Origin: Gordius albopunctatus | Taxonomy: Eukaryota | Direction of reading: 5' to 3' | NCBI GenBank assembly: GCA_964276515.1 | Contig: OZ193909.1 | Coordinates: 15,686,001-15,750,000, forward strand | DNA length: 64,000 bases | In this document: positions 21,751 through 35,868 of the stretch, in pieces | Layout of the letters: every line of letters starts with the position of its first letter | Numbering within the stretch: position 1 is the stretch's first letter | Notes under the pieces: model-generated | What the model was told of the DNA's origin: nothing | Database searches by the model: none | Seen by the model: the letters and a program-made list of their open reading frames with translations, nothing else | Made by a program: the position numbers and the translations under genes

Positions 21751-23032
21751 TTCATTTCGTTGATTAGGGCGGCATCTAATAAGTCATAAAAGAAATTTAT
21801 GAGCAGGAAACTTAGTTACAAATGGTAAAAAAAATTTCATTTCCTTGTCATGTGTCAATAAGAAATCAATTTAAATTCCATGAGAATTTATTTTGTACTT
21901 TATCATAAAATATGTTTCTAAAATTCACCCCCCCCCCCTTTAAATCCAAAAATGTGTTGAAATTTATTAAAAGTACGGCAGGCCGAAAATTTCTGCAACA
22001 TTAAGAACCTTTTCTAGTTAAAAAAGATATTTGTTTCGATAAAGAGTTTTTGGACAATTTTGTTAATTATCACATAATTAACTAATTTATTTGGGCACAT
22101 TGAGTATTTATACAACTTGCAATCTTCCTTTAAATCTGCAGGCACTTAGAAATAGTATTTTAAGCGATCTTAAACTTTTATAATTTAAGCACTTACCACC
22201 CCACTACCCTTTGGTATTGTATCTGGATTGCTAGGAAAGAGATGGGTTTAACTAATATTATCGATAAAAATCGATTAGTCGAATCAATAAATATTATGCG
22301 ATTAGATGGTTTTGAAATCGAATTTATGGGGGAGGGAGAGGGGAAGTGTATTTAAAATGTTTTAATTAAATGCTATGCAATTTACGGGGGATAAATTTTC
22401 CCAGAAAAATGTCCAGTAGCAAATAATATTATTATTAATGGCATTTACTTATATATAGTTATTTGACTATAATTTCAAATATGACCCATTTTACATTTGT
22501 TGTAAAGTTCCTATATTTCATACATGGGTATAGCCAAGGGGTGCAAAGAGGGGCGGTTGCTTTCCTCTAAATCCAAAAGTTTGCTAAAATTCCAAAAAAT
22601 GATCATTTTGCCCTTCCCTAAATCATTATTGCCCCCCTTTAATTACAATGCTGGGTAGGCCCATAATGTTGTAATGAATGAAAAATCTGGTATTTTAATT
22701 GAAATATATTATAATGAATTCTTTTTCCCTTACTATTGTATGTTTGTAAATGTATACTTATTAAACACTTAAATTATCTCGTAACCAAAATTAAAGTTTT
22801 GTATTTTTATTTTACTTACAGTATAGGTTCAATCAATCAACATTTCAAATTTTAACTTTAAAATAGTACAAAGTTTAGGGCTTAAATATAATAGTAAAAT
22901 TTATGATATTTTTGTTTGCTGATTTTAATTATACAATATACTAATTCAAATGCTGCCTACGCCCATGAAACCTTCTAAGGACCTATATAAATTACAATTA
23001 ATTTCCGAAAATATTATGTTTAATTCTGCTAT

Positions 23033-23375
23033 TATTAATTGCTATGCAAATTATGGGCTCACTTTCCATTTTCCGATGTCTTGTCACGCACCGAATCTAT
23101 TGTCATGCTTTTCGTCGTGTTTAGCACTGAAACCGCTTGGAAGTGGGTTCGATACCCGGGGAGGGCAATTTTTTTTAATTCAATGGAAAATTTGTATTAA
23201 TAATTAACTAATCATTTTGCATTTACTACCCCCCTATAAGCAATCGCGCCCATAAATTGCATAGCAAATATGCTACATTTATACGGAGTATGGATGAGTC
23301 GTTCCCCCTTCCCTCCTGCCCCTCTCTCCCCGCTTCCCTTCCCCTCCTCCCCTTCCCACGAGGGCCGAAGGCCCG
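23033..23375 (+). mobile_element. HINE/DINE-1-like (Helentron-associated) non-autonomous element, compact copy
   Basis: Subterminal inverted repeats gctatgcaaattatggg / cccataaattgcatagc, a pyrimidine tract, and a 3' hairpin gggccgaaggccc followed by a T-rich flank. Confidence 0.6.
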
Positions 23376-25012
23376 TGTTTTGTTTTATCGATCGATCGAT
23401 TTTGTTTTGCCTAGCTCTTGTATTCGGACATCGAGAACATACAAAGACTGGCGGCGGGTGTGCTTTGTGAATTGGCCGCTGAAAAGGAGGGTGTCGAACT
23501 GATTGAACAAGAAGGGGGCACCGCACCCCTAACCGATCTTTTGCATTCTCACAACGAGGGTGTTGGTAAGTTTAATGCTCAGTAATTTAAAGGGTCGTGA
23601 CGCTGACGTAAGGTGAGCGTTCGAAAATTTAGAAAAATCTTTAAGGTTGGAAAATGTATTTCGCAGGCAGAATGTCTATTGTTGGCGAAGGGAAAGGCTT
23701 GGCGTGTAATTATACGGAGGGGTCGCATGTTTATCGGTTTTGGCAGCTAGCCCAGGAGCTCTCTAAGTTGTCCAAAATTTAATGAGACAAGAGGTGGCAG
23801 GAGAAATTATGTATGTAGTTGTTCTCTTAATGACGTATTTTTGTCGTTGTCAGCAGAATCCATCATAGGCCCAAAATTGTTAGGGAATCGTAAAAATCAT
23901 AGCGATACTGAGAGATAACTTATTAAAGAAGAGGTGTGCTATATTTTATTTAAACTCGACCTCACCGGCGTCGTTAATTATGGTCCAGCCTTAGTTTTTG
24001 CTCATTTTTGTATATGTCACCTCAAAATATGTATTTATATAATTATGTAAAAATTGTAGTGTTGTTAATCACTTTTGGTTTTAGTCAACATAAACATACC
24101 AGAATCTACCGTTGGTCTTAGTTGAACCTAAGGTCCATGTGAAAACAGTGTGGTTTTAGGGGTGGGTGAGTGTTAATAATAAAAGAATAGGATGTTAATA
24201 TGTTTAGAGTCTTTACTTTTTTACGAAATGCCTCCCCCCTATAAGTTTTTTTTTATTGTTTTGGAGCCCTTTATAATCTGTGGAGCTTTAAACGGGTGTA
24301 GCCAGGGCGGACGTCCGCCCCCCCCTCCCCTAAATGACCAAAAAATAATTTCAATTCAAAAACCCCTAAAAATTAAAAAAAATTAGGTTTTGTCCGCCCC
24401 CCTGTTTGAGGTTTTAAACGTTTAGCCCCCTCCCCTAATCCAAAACCTGGCTACGCGCATGTAGCTTTACTGTTCCTCGTAGTCTATGTTTTTATCAAAG
24501 TTTTTTATACGACTCTTTATCAACTCTCATATTAAAATAAATTGTTTAATATCATTAGATCACTAATATATCATTTTAAAGTACTGTTTGCCCTACCTCC
24601 AAACAGGTCAAACCATGAGCATGCCCATGTCTTACGAACAACAAGCTCAACACCAGGGCAGGCAACATCACCCAGGAATGCAGGTCATGAATAATATACC
24701 CAACCGTCTTTAGCACCTTTTTCATAATTATCAATTTATTTTCATTTCTATCATACAATGTAATCTTTTCAATTTTTTACATACTTTTAAACTGAGAAAT
24801 TGTCTGAAATGACTTAGAAAAGATCGCGTTTTCGTTTGTGATAAATACCATTTAAAAGTTTCCAGTATTTTAATCATTCTTCTCTCAAGCATTTCTACCC
24901 AAGCACTGTTTCATTGTGATTACTTACACCTTACTTTTTTTTTGTTAAAAAGTTTATTTTCAAGAAACAAAGTTACATTAATAAGCGAAATACAAAAATA
25001 AAGACATATTGG

Positions 25013-25345
25013 TTAAATACAAAGATCTATATCATTCTCTTCTAAAATGGGCCATGAGTCGGCAAAGGATTTAAAGTTGTATCGTGCAACAAGAATCCTT
25101 AGTTGTTGCCTGGGTAAAAAAGACGCAGAAATTTTAGATTTCGGGGTGCGTTTTCCGATTTCTTTAAAAAACCCCATTGCCTGTTTGCCAAAGGAACCGG
25201 AGCACGTGGCGACGACAGGGATAAAAATATTGGATGCCAAAAGCGGAGAATACTTTGTTGTTTTACGCCCTTCTTCTGTAGCGATAGGGTCGTAATTAAA
25301 ATGGGAAGGGGCAAAAAGGTCAATACAAGTAAAATCCCATTTGAG
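25013..25345 (-). mobile_element. Restriction-like endonuclease domain of a CRE-like non-LTR retrotransposon (3' fragment)
   Basis: WDFTCID.FAPSH...EEGRKTTKY..L...FIPVVATCSGSFGKQAMGFFKEIGKR fits the RLE pattern. Confidence 0.75.
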
Positions 25346-26287
25346 GGATAGGCCATACACGCGCTGTTTACTAACACATCTCTCTCTCCCTTTCTCCATC
25401 TCTTCCACTCCCGCCCCCATATCTATCCAAGCACACATGAAGGGGACGGGATTGGAGGAGATAGAGAGGAGATTAGGTGAAGGGAGAGAGATATTTGTTA
25501 GTAAACATCGCGTACGCAGTATGTACTCTACTGTACTCCTTTTTCCAGACGGTGTGGGGCGAATTTTGATAAGGGGAAGGGGTTCACGTAAACGCGTATA
25601 AATGTAAATATAGAGGTGAAATAAAAAAAATTAATACAAGGGGAGATGAGACTTAAATCTACACAAAACACTAGTTTTTTTCAATATAAATTTAAAATGG
25701 CGTTGTTATTTAAGTTCAAAATACCTTAAAAAGGCCATTTTTTACACCTTTAACCTCATTTATCTAAAAAACTGGAGATTTTGTAAAAAAAACTAAAAAC
25801 ATATTTGTGATCAGCGGAAAATTTCTCTATCAGGATTATTGGTCCGATTGCAGGATGGAATCACAAAGTCAAAATTTGTAGACCTGTGTTGTGTTATTAA
25901 GTCTGACAAAAGGGCATAAAAATTTTTTTAATCGCCGTTAACCTCTCCCCATTGATGTAAAATTTATTTAGCGTCCCCCTTAAGGGAAAATGCTAGCTAC
26001 GCCACTGAAGATGCATATGTTTTATCCCCACAACATTTTCCTCATCTTTTGACATGTAGTATTTTCAAGTAATATAGTACTAATGTGATAGAATAATAAT
26101 ACCATAGACTGCCGAACAGATGATAATTCAGAAGTAACAATATAAACCGCCACGTATGTAGAAATTTTAACTGCGTATTGAACTCAACGTAATCTATTTC
26201 GTTCTATCTTACTACATATTTTTTAAATTTATAAATTAAGTTACTAAATCATAAAAAAAACATTTACTAAAGAAAAAATATAATTAA

Positions 26288-27050
26288 CCCTCTACTGCAT
26301 GAACTATGTTAGAATAATTTTTTTTTGTCTCGATACTATTGATAACCGCATGGCTCACTTTTTTAAAAAATTTTTTAAATATCCTAGAAGATACACGGTA
26401 TGTAGATTCAAATACACATTATGCAATTAAGGGTACAAATTTCCAGTAATTTTTATTATACTCTAACTATAAATATATATAATTTTATATGAATTACAAC
26501 AAATATTTAATGTTGGAACATTTTAATTTTCATTAAAATCTACAAAATAATTATTTTTAGGCGTAAAACATAAATATACGCCACATTTTAGGCAAGAAAC
26601 TTTCGTAACAAATATGCATCCTGGCAGTTTACATCTACCCTTTTTATCATTATATTTGGGCCAGTGAGCTGTGAGGTCTTTCCTAACCTCTACATTAGGT
26701 AAAGATTGGTCTGGTCCTTTTTTACATTTTTCCTGATAACCAGTCTCAACTGATTTTCGTTTGGGAATATTGTTTGTGGTGCATTTGCCATATTTGCAAA
26801 GGACTTCCGCCACCGAAATTTTTAAATTGTATAACCTTAATAGATCCTTTGCTTGTATTGATATACTATTATAGTCCCGTTTGTATTCCAACCAAGAATT
26901 TATAAGTAACATGTCGAATACATGAAATATAATTCGATGGTACCATTTTCTAGATTTGGAATGAATTCTATATAATAAAATTAAAGAATCCATAAGATCT
27001 ACACCTCCCATTGATTTATTATAAACTTTCACAATGTTTGGACCCTATAC
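26288..27050 (-). mobile_element. piggyBac transposon 3' fragment
   Basis: YNKSMGGVDLMD...KWYHRIIFHVFDMLLINSW plus a C-terminal Cys-rich domain (ORF 26523-27032). Terminus TTAA|CCCT at 26284-26291. Confidence 0.9.
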
Positions 27051-29003
27051 TTAGCATTTGGAAAGATAGCATAAAATACTTAGCACAAATTAAAATACTT
27101 AGCCAATTACTTAGCAATTTGTAATTTTTTACTTAGATAACACCCTTTTAAATATACCTAAATCATTATTTTGGGTTGACAGATCCTCCTCATCAGATGA
27201 TTCACTTAAATTTGAATCTTCACTATGTGCATTCCTTCTTTTTATAATACCACGACGATGAAAATAATAATGATAAAATAATAACAAGCGATTGCCAACT
27301 CACGCGGTGGCCATTAAAATCGCTTGATCAAAACAGGGTAATAAAATCTATTTCTATCCCAGTGATAAACGGAACGCATATAAGATATATGTGCGTGTGT
27401 GTGGGTAATAAAAACTTCAAGTAGTAAGTGTGGGGGGAATAAAAACTTTAAGTACACTACCGTGGTAACATTCATGACTCATCGTAAAAATAATAAAATA
27501 CGTGTGTAAAATTACACCGAACACCACAATGGCCATACTCGTTTGCATTTGTAAAGCCTCAATTTGACCCTATATTATTACATTTTGTTTTACAATTCCC
27601 CCGCATAATCCCTAAAACGCAGAATTTCGAAACTACGTTTTTCCGCCAATTTCAACATATGGAAAATTTGGAAAACTCTTTAACTATTGCAAATCAAGAT
27701 AACAAAGAGAATATAAGTAAGCTTTATTATGCAAGTATACACATATTGTTATAGGTTTTAAAAAATCTAATAGAAAAAATCGTATTTGCTCAAGTGATCT
27801 AATGCTCAAGTAATCTAAAATTTGCAAAGAATGCTTATAACTAATTAATTTTGTATTTAATCATGTTAAAAACGCTTTAAAAGGTTGCAAAAACATATAT
27901 TAAGCATATAATATATGAATATTAACTTTTTTATTGCTGCATATATATCTTTCATATTAAGCATATAATATATGAAGTTCAAATTTTTTATTATTTTCTT
28001 TCATAGGTTAGATTAAATGCTTTATAATATGTTAATATGCATTTACAATACTTTATAGGGTTAGGGTTAGAGATGTACTTATCTAATGATGTTTAAATTA
28101 CAATTTTTGTGCATTAGATTACTTGAGCATTAGACCGGTTGAGTATAAATCTAAAAAATGATATGGTCACTTTCAAAAAGTTTGGAGCAGGTAAATGGGA
28201 CAAGTATACTATAAGTGCAGGCACTACAGTATATGTAAATGCCCAGGAAGAGCTGTCCTTAGATATAATAATTTTATGATAACATCTGAACATTCCCAAA
28301 ATTGTATACAAAAACAAAATCTCCAAAGTAAGAAACTTAAAAGCTTTTTAATATAAATTTAGCTTGGAATGAAAAAACAACAAGTGTTATGGTTATAGAA
28401 AATATCTCTACACCCATAGAAAATCAAGAAAGTAAGATATGTCTATAATTTTTTGAGGTTTTTTAAAGATTCTAGTCAAGGTGCAATTTTATTAAACTCA
28501 GTGGATGATATAATACCAAGTAATGTCACATGATTGATTATCATAGACATTAACTGTTAGTTACTATTAACTATTAAATTTATTGTAAATAGATTCTAAC
28601 AATAATGATGCGTAGATACATGACCAAACATGAATTAAGTATCAAATCTAAGAAACAGATCATGAAAGAAAGAAATTATCCTGTGATAAAATTATAGTTC
28701 TAATTAAGTCTATATACATAAGCTAAATATATATTTAATATAATAGTTTTCTAAGCTTATTAGCTTTATAAAGTTTTTCAATAATCTAACAGAATTTACA
28801 TTAACTCTTTTTAAGTTACTAATGTTTTAAACCTTTATCTTATACTCCAGAAACTAAAGTTAGTAATGAAATTAAAATTTTTAGATACTATATGTAATTA
28901 TATAAAAATATCAATTGAATTGATATATTTTAGCAAGGCTCTGTATAATGTTCAAAGTGTAAATGATTCACAATATGCGGATAAGAAAAAATATCAACAT
29001 TAT

Positions 29004-32000
29004 TATAGTATTTATTGATAACACATGTAAAATCACAACAACTATTATATATATACACTAGGAATACAATATCATCAATAACACTATATTACAATACTCC
29101 CCCATAAGATTAATATTCATCGTCGAATCTTTTTGGTGGTTGTCTACGTCGTTGGGGTCTCGGCACATTGTCTTGTTTAAATCCTGCAATTGGTTCCTCT
29201 TCCTCGGCCCCTATTGATTCCTTTAGGTTGTCTATGGCTTTCCGTAAGTGATCTGTGTGTTTACGCTTAATCCGTCCTTCGGCCCAAACATCGTAGGACC
29301 AATCATTCTTCTTACGTTCAATTATTCCCTCGTGCCAACCCTTTTCTTTTTCATTTTTTACCCATACTTTATCCCCTTCCTGAAAATTACGGTCGGAAAC
29401 CTTCCTATCATGATAGTACTTTTGTTTCCAAACATTGTCGATAGTCGTTTCCTTGATCGAACGTCGCAGTTGGTCAAAAGAAGATCGGATTCTTCTTTTA
29501 AACATTAATTCACAAGGAGCTACACTTGTAGTATTATGAGGTGTCAATCTGTAAGCCATGAGTACCTGAGCCAAAAGTTTATCATCGTCTTGATTATACC
29601 TAGCGGCTGCGTAAAACCGTGATTTTAGTGTCCGAATAAATCTTTCACACAATCCGTTAGATTTTGGGTGATATGGAGATGTCCGAATATGTCTAAAACC
29701 ATTAGCTTTTATAAATATTGCGAATTCCTCTCCCAAGAATTGACTACCGTTATCGCTTACTAAAACTCTTGGTAGTCCCAATCGAGCAAACCATTCGCGC
29801 AACGCCTTGATAATTCCGGTAGAGTGTAAGGAATTTATGATTTTTACTTCTGGCCATTTTGAATAACCATCAACTAAAACCAACCAATATTTGCCGTTTA
29901 TGGGTCCTGCCAAATCAATGTGGACGCGATCCATTGGTTCTTCTGTTGTAGGCCATTGATATAAGGGAGATTCTAACATATTAGATCGATTTTCTTGACA
30001 ACCTTTACATCTTTGGACAAAAATTCCAATGTCATCATTGATTTTAGGCCACCAACAATAAAATTTTGCTAAATCAATCATTCCAGATATTCCCGGGTGT
30101 CCGGTATGTAAATTTTCTAACACCACCATGTTCAACTTCCCTGGAACTATTAACCGATTTTGCCAATATATTAATTCGTTTTGAATAGATAACTCATCTT
30201 TCTTCGGATAAAATGATCTTCGAATGGTTGCATCGTTGATAGGTTTGCTCCAATTACAGCGAATCAAATCACTAACATCATTCAACCTTCTATCTTTCCT
30301 TGTTTCCTCCACTAACGTTTTTCTGGAAAACTTTAAATCTTCAATCATGTTTATATGGATGTCTTCATTACTCTCTGCAAAGGTAGGTAGTCGAGATAAT
30401 GTATCTGCGATTTGATTAGTCTTTCCAGAAATATACTCAATTTTAAAGTCATAAGCCATTAATTTAGTATTCCATCTTTGTAATCGTAAGTTGCAATTAT
30501 AATGGTGTCCCTCTCGACCAAAAATGTATTGTAACGGTCGATGATCTGTTTTTAATGTGAATGTTCTCCCATAAATGTATTGGTGAAATTTATTGACAGC
30601 GTAAATAATACCCAGAGCTTCCTTGTCAATAGTGGAATATCCCTTTTCTGCTTGACTTAAAACCCTTGATGTATAGGCAATAGGCCTTTCTTGTCCATCC
30701 GACTCCACGTGCATTAACACCGCTCCCAATCCTGCTTCACAAGCGTCCGTATACAGAACTAACGGCTTCCGTAACGAATATGGAACAACGGTATCTTCAC
30801 TAGATATTAAGTTTTTCAATTTGTCAAAACAATCTTCTTCCTCTTTCCCCCATTCCCATTTGGCCTCTTTTTTTAAAAGGTTGTGTAATGGTACACATTG
30901 TGGTTGTAACATAGGTATAAATTTGCCTAAATATGTTAATAGTCCTAAAAATCCTTTAAGTTCAGATTTATTTGTGGGTCTTTTACAATTCCTTAAAGCT
31001 AAAATTTTTTCCTCCGTAGGTTGAATACCTTTAGAACTAATCTTGTGGCCCAAATAAACAACCCAGTCTTGCAGATATTTTATTTTGTCTGGTGTTGTGG
31101 TAATTCCTACCTCTCCAAACCGTTTTAATACTTCTTTAATATTTGAAATATGTTGTTCATCATTAAGTCCCGTAATGATAATATCATCAATAAATACCGC
31201 TGTATTTGGAATTCCAGCTAACAGATTAGTGATATACCTTTGAAAAATCAATGGAGCCACCTTTATTCCGAATGGCAGCCTACGATAACGGAATAATCCT
31301 ACGTGTGTAGAAATGGTAAGTAGTTTTGCGCTTTGCTCAGACATTCTTAATTGTAAGAAAGCGTCTCGCAAATCGATACATGTGAATTTATCGCCCCCGA
31401 GGAGCTTGGATGTTACATCCTCAAAGGTAGGCAGGGTATCCCCAATATCGCATAGGTAATCATTTAACGTGGCCTTAAAGTCCCCGCATATTCTAATGGA
31501 TTTGTTTTTCTTAAATCGATTGACAGTAGGGGTACACCATGGAATTTCAGTGTTAAGTTCGACTTTTTCTATTACTTGCTCTTCCAAAAGTCTTTTAATC
31601 TCAGATTCGATGGCCTCCCTCATCGGAAAAGGTACCCTTCTTGGTGGCAAACTTATAGGCTTATAGGGGGTTTTTAAATGCAAATTTACCATAAAATTGT
31701 TAACTTCACCTAATTTCTCTGAAAACACTTTAGGAAACTGCTCGATCAAATTTTCTAATTTAAGCTGTCTAATTACAATGTTTTTAGGTAATTCAAATCC
31801 AAATTCTAAAATTTCTGGTAATCCCAATATTAAATCCCCTTCATTAACTACTAACAAAGGAATTTCTAACCATTTATTGTTAATTTGAGCTTTTGCTAAA
31901 CACTTGCCCAAAGTTTTGACCCTAAAGTTCCCATAACTCAATATACTTGGGCAATTCCTTAACTCAGGTTTACCAATTTCCATCCAAGTCTGCTTATCTA

Positions 32001-32900
32001 TGACAGTAGCCTGAGCTGCAGTGTCAAACTCGAAATTATAATTTTTATCATTTAATACCACTTTAACCAATGCTTTATTAGTTTTATACACCTTAACACA
32101 ATTAATATTATTATTATACTTTTTGAATTGATAATGATTATTATTTTTATTAAAATAACAAAATCTAGCTAAATGGCCTTTCTTTTTGCAATTAAAGCAT
32201 ACTAGGTCAGCATAGTTGTTTTTATTATTATCATGAACTTTTGTAATTTTATTAATTTCTTCATGTGTTATATCTCTATCTTTATCTACCACTTCATTTG
32301 AGGCTCTCTCAAAGCTAAGTGCCAATTCAAATACAGTTTTAAATTTTAACTTTTCATTTCCATCTTTACCATCAGGAAATCTTATTCTTATTTCATTTTC
32401 TAATCTACTATTATTTAACCCTAACAAAAACCCATCCCTTAACATCTCATCTTCTTCCTTATACTCACACAAGATAACCAAGGACTTTAATTTTTGTGAG
32501 AAATCTTCAACTGACTCATTTTTCCTCCTAGCCCTTAAGAATTGTAATCTATAAAAAAAAATCGAGTTTTTACTTCCAAATAACAAAAGTAATTCTTTTT
32601 TTAAATCTTCATAAGTGCTATCCTCTATTTTTTTTAGGGTAAATTTTATATTTTAACCTTTTCAAATTCGGAAGTCCAAGGAATGTGATGAGATATTTTT
32701 TTTTGTTCGCAAGCGTAACTCCTTTGATATCCATGGCACTTTCTAGTACCATTATCCAGTCCTCTATTTCCATTAGGTCGGAGAATTCTTCTATTTTGAC
32801 CTGCGCCATTTATAGTATTTATTGATAACACATGTAAAATCACAACAACTATTATATATATACACTAGGAATACAATATCATCAATAACACTATATTACA
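29004..32900 (-). mobile_element. Full-length Ty3/Gypsy (Mag-like) LTR retrotransposon, 3897 bp
   Basis: Identical 90-bp LTRs (29004-29093, 32811-32900), 5-bp TSD ATTAT, PBS TGGCGCAG, PPT gggggagt, and gag-pol. Confidence 0.97.
29110..32809 (-). CDS. Gag-Pol polyprotein (CCHC knuckle, protease, RT, RNase H, integrase)
   Basis: CFNCKKKGHLARFC; FDTAA; FIDDIII; TDAC...DKE...TDH; H-H-C-C and D,D35E integrase. One extra A in an A8 run near 32630 separates ORF 32618-32809 from the 1158-aa ORF. Confidence 0.95.
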
Positions 32901-33256
32901 ATTATAAAAATAATTTTTAAAATAATGATTCCAACAACTTCAACTAATGATTTCATATTTTCTAATCTTGAAATAATTAATTTTCCTTAGTTAATGTGTA
33001 ACATATTAGCATCATTTATTTCTTGAAGGGCTAACAAGTTATCAATAATTTTCTCTTAATACAACAATTTATATGATTATTATATAAGGTTACTTGTGAG
33101 ATGTCATTCAGTGGTTGAAACTTTGTTATAGCTAAGGTTGACAATGCTAATAAATTAATTAATCCATGTCTAAAAATTATACTTTTATGTGGTATAATAA
33201 GATGGGGCTCAAATTTAATAAACTTTAAAATGTAACCAATTGAAAAATATCGAATT

Positions 33257-35868
33257 CGGGCCTTCTGCCCTCGTGGGAAGGGGAGGGGAGAAGGGTAGGG
33301 GGGACGACTCATCTATACTCCGTATAAACGTAGCATATTTGCTATGCAATTTATGGACGTTATATGCAAAATGTTTATACAAATTTTCCATCTAATTAAA
33401 AAATATGAGCGAGAAAGGTGGGAAGATGCGAAAATGCCTATAGAGGGATATTAAATGCAAAATGATTATTTAATTATTTATACAAATTTTCCATTTAATT
33501 AAAAAAAATTGCCCTCGCCGGGATTCGAACCTACATTAAATAGAGGCATAAGCCTTTGTAGGGGCACAGGGACCCATATCAGTAGAAGCATAGACACTTG
33601 TAAGGGAGAGCATAGGGCAATTTATCAATGTTAACCTATTCAAAAACAAAAAATTTCGATTTATTTGGCCAATGGTCATTTTTTTAATTGGTCAGTAGCC
33701 AGCGGAAGGTCAAAAAGTCATATTATCCATGGTATTAACAAGAACATAATATTAATTTAATTAAAAAAAATAAAAATTTATCGTCTCTCCGGGTTTCGAT
33801 CCTGAACCTCCAAGTCAGTAAGCCGTTGTTATAACCACTCTTACCATGCTGGCATTAAAATAAAATGAGTTTTTTATATTATTTATATAGATAATGAAAT
33901 AATAAAGATGTGTTTTATTTATGTTTATTATATAATAAAATGGAACAATGATAGAAAATCAATATATTATAGATAATTTAACAAATATCAACAAGAACAA
34001 AATATTAATTTAATTTAAAAATAGGCACTTGTAGGGGAGGGCATAGGGTAATTATCAACGTTGACCTATTCAAAAACGAAAATAATTATTTTGGGAGGAG
34101 CATTTTGAAATTTTAGCCTTTACTTAAGCAATATGGTCAATGTTCATTTTTTTATTGGTCAGTACCAAGAGAAGGTCTCGAAAAAAAAATTCGAATCACA
34201 ATTTGGCTAATGGTCATTTTTTTTCCATTGATCCGTACCAAAAGACTGTTTCTAAATACATACGAGTCAAAAAAACGAAAAAAAATTTTTAATCACAATT
34301 TGGCAAATGGTCATTTTTTCATTGGTCAGTGTCAAGAGATGGTCTATAAATACATACGAGTCAAAAAAAACGAAAAAAACTTTCGATCTACACTTTGGCC
34401 AATGGTCATTTTTTTCCATTGGTCAGTACCAACAGATACTCTATAAGTCAGTGTTAGCCAAAAAAACAAAAAAAATTTTTTTGATGCTCACTTTGGCCAA
34501 TGTTCATTTTTTTGATTGGTCAGTAGCCAGCGGACGGCCCTATTATCAATGGTATTAACAGGAACAATCATAATAGTCAAAAAAACCGGAAAAAAAAATT
34601 TCGATTCACACTTTGGCCAATGGTCATTTTTTTCCAGTGGTCAGTAGCCAGCGGACGGCCAAAAAGTCACGTTATCAATGGTATGAAAAATAACTATATA
34701 ATAATTTAAAAAAAAAAAAAAATTTTTTTTAAATTTTTTGGCCTCTCCGGGATTCGAACCACAGATCTGGATAGGCATAATGTAGGGGGGGGCACAGGGA
34801 CACATATCAGTAGAGGCATAGGCTCTGTTAGGGGAGGGCATAGGGTAATTGTCAATGTTAGCCAAAAAAAACGAAAAAAAAATTCGATTCACACTTTGGC
34901 CAATGGTCATTTTTTTCCATTGGTCAGTAGCCAGCGGACGGCCAAAAAGCTACATTATCAATAGTATTAACAGGAACAATCATGTAATCGAAAAAAACGA
35001 GAAAAAAAATTTCGTTGCACACTTTGGCCAATTGTCATTTTTTCCCATTGGTCAATACCAACAGATGGTCTATAAAGCAATGTTAGCCAAAAAAAACGAA
35101 AGAAGAAATTTTTTATTCACACTTTGGTCAATGGTCATTTTTTCCATTGGTCAGCAGCCGGCAGACGGCCAAAAAGTCATATTATCAATGGTACGAACAA
35201 TTAATTTTAAAAAAAATTTTAAAAAATTTTAAAAGTTTTTGGCCTCTCCGGGATTCGAATCCACCAGAAAGCCGGTGTAAATACATTGGAGGGTAACGGA
35301 CGGACAACCAAAAACGAGCCCATAAATTGCATAGCAATTAAAAATGGGGGGGGGGGGGGGGTCAGTAGAAGAGAGGCATACTCCTTTGTAGGAGGGCGGG
35401 GCACAGGGACCCATATCAGGAGAGGCATAGGCCCTTCTAGGGGAGGGCGTCTATAAATCAATGTTAGTCAAAAATAAACGAAAAAAAAATTTGCTTCACA
35501 TTTTGGCCAATGGTCATTTTTTTGCCATTGGTCAGTAGCCAGCGGACGGGCAAAAGCTATATTATCAATGGTACCAACAATAACTATATATTAATTTAAA
35601 GAAAAAAATATAAAAAAATTTCACTTTGGCCAATGGTCATTTTTTTCCATTGGTCAGTAGTCAGCGGACTGCCAATAAGCCATATTTTCAATGGTAGTAA
35701 CAAGAACAATATATTAATTAAAAAAAATAAAATTTGGCAGATTCGAACCCACAAACTAGTTAAATTATAATACGAACAAAAAATAAACAACGTGACATTC
35801 GGTGCGTGACACGAACAGCGTGACATAAACAAATGGAAAGTGAGCCCATAAATTGCATAGCAATTAAT
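33257..35868 (-). mobile_element. HINE/DINE-1-like element with internally amplified tandem repeats
   Basis: Both ends are the reverse complement of 23033-23375. The interior holds over 2 kb of degenerate ~110-130 bp units plus units containing ccgggattcgaacc. Confidence 0.65.

Larger units (their letters stand above)
17114..24713 (+). pseudogene. ctnnb1: Beta-catenin copy C: 3' fragment (exons 17144-17269, 23415-23565, 24607-24713)
   Basis: [18 protein letters not shown]...[30 protein letters not shown]...LLHSHNEGV; terminal exon. The introns are inverted copies of copy A introns. The ATYAAA and Pro-rich exons are deleted (junction ~24133). Confidence 0.88.

Noticed and set aside
33510..33535. 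tRNA genes suggested by GGTTCGAATCCC motifs (also ~34745, 35245, 51685, 52305)
   Set aside because: Only a T-arm/B-box is present; I see no cloverleaf, and the motifs sit inside a repeat family.
33500..35750. CRISPR-like repeat array
   Set aside because: Units are degenerate and contiguous, with no unique spacers and no cas genes; the context is eukaryotic.
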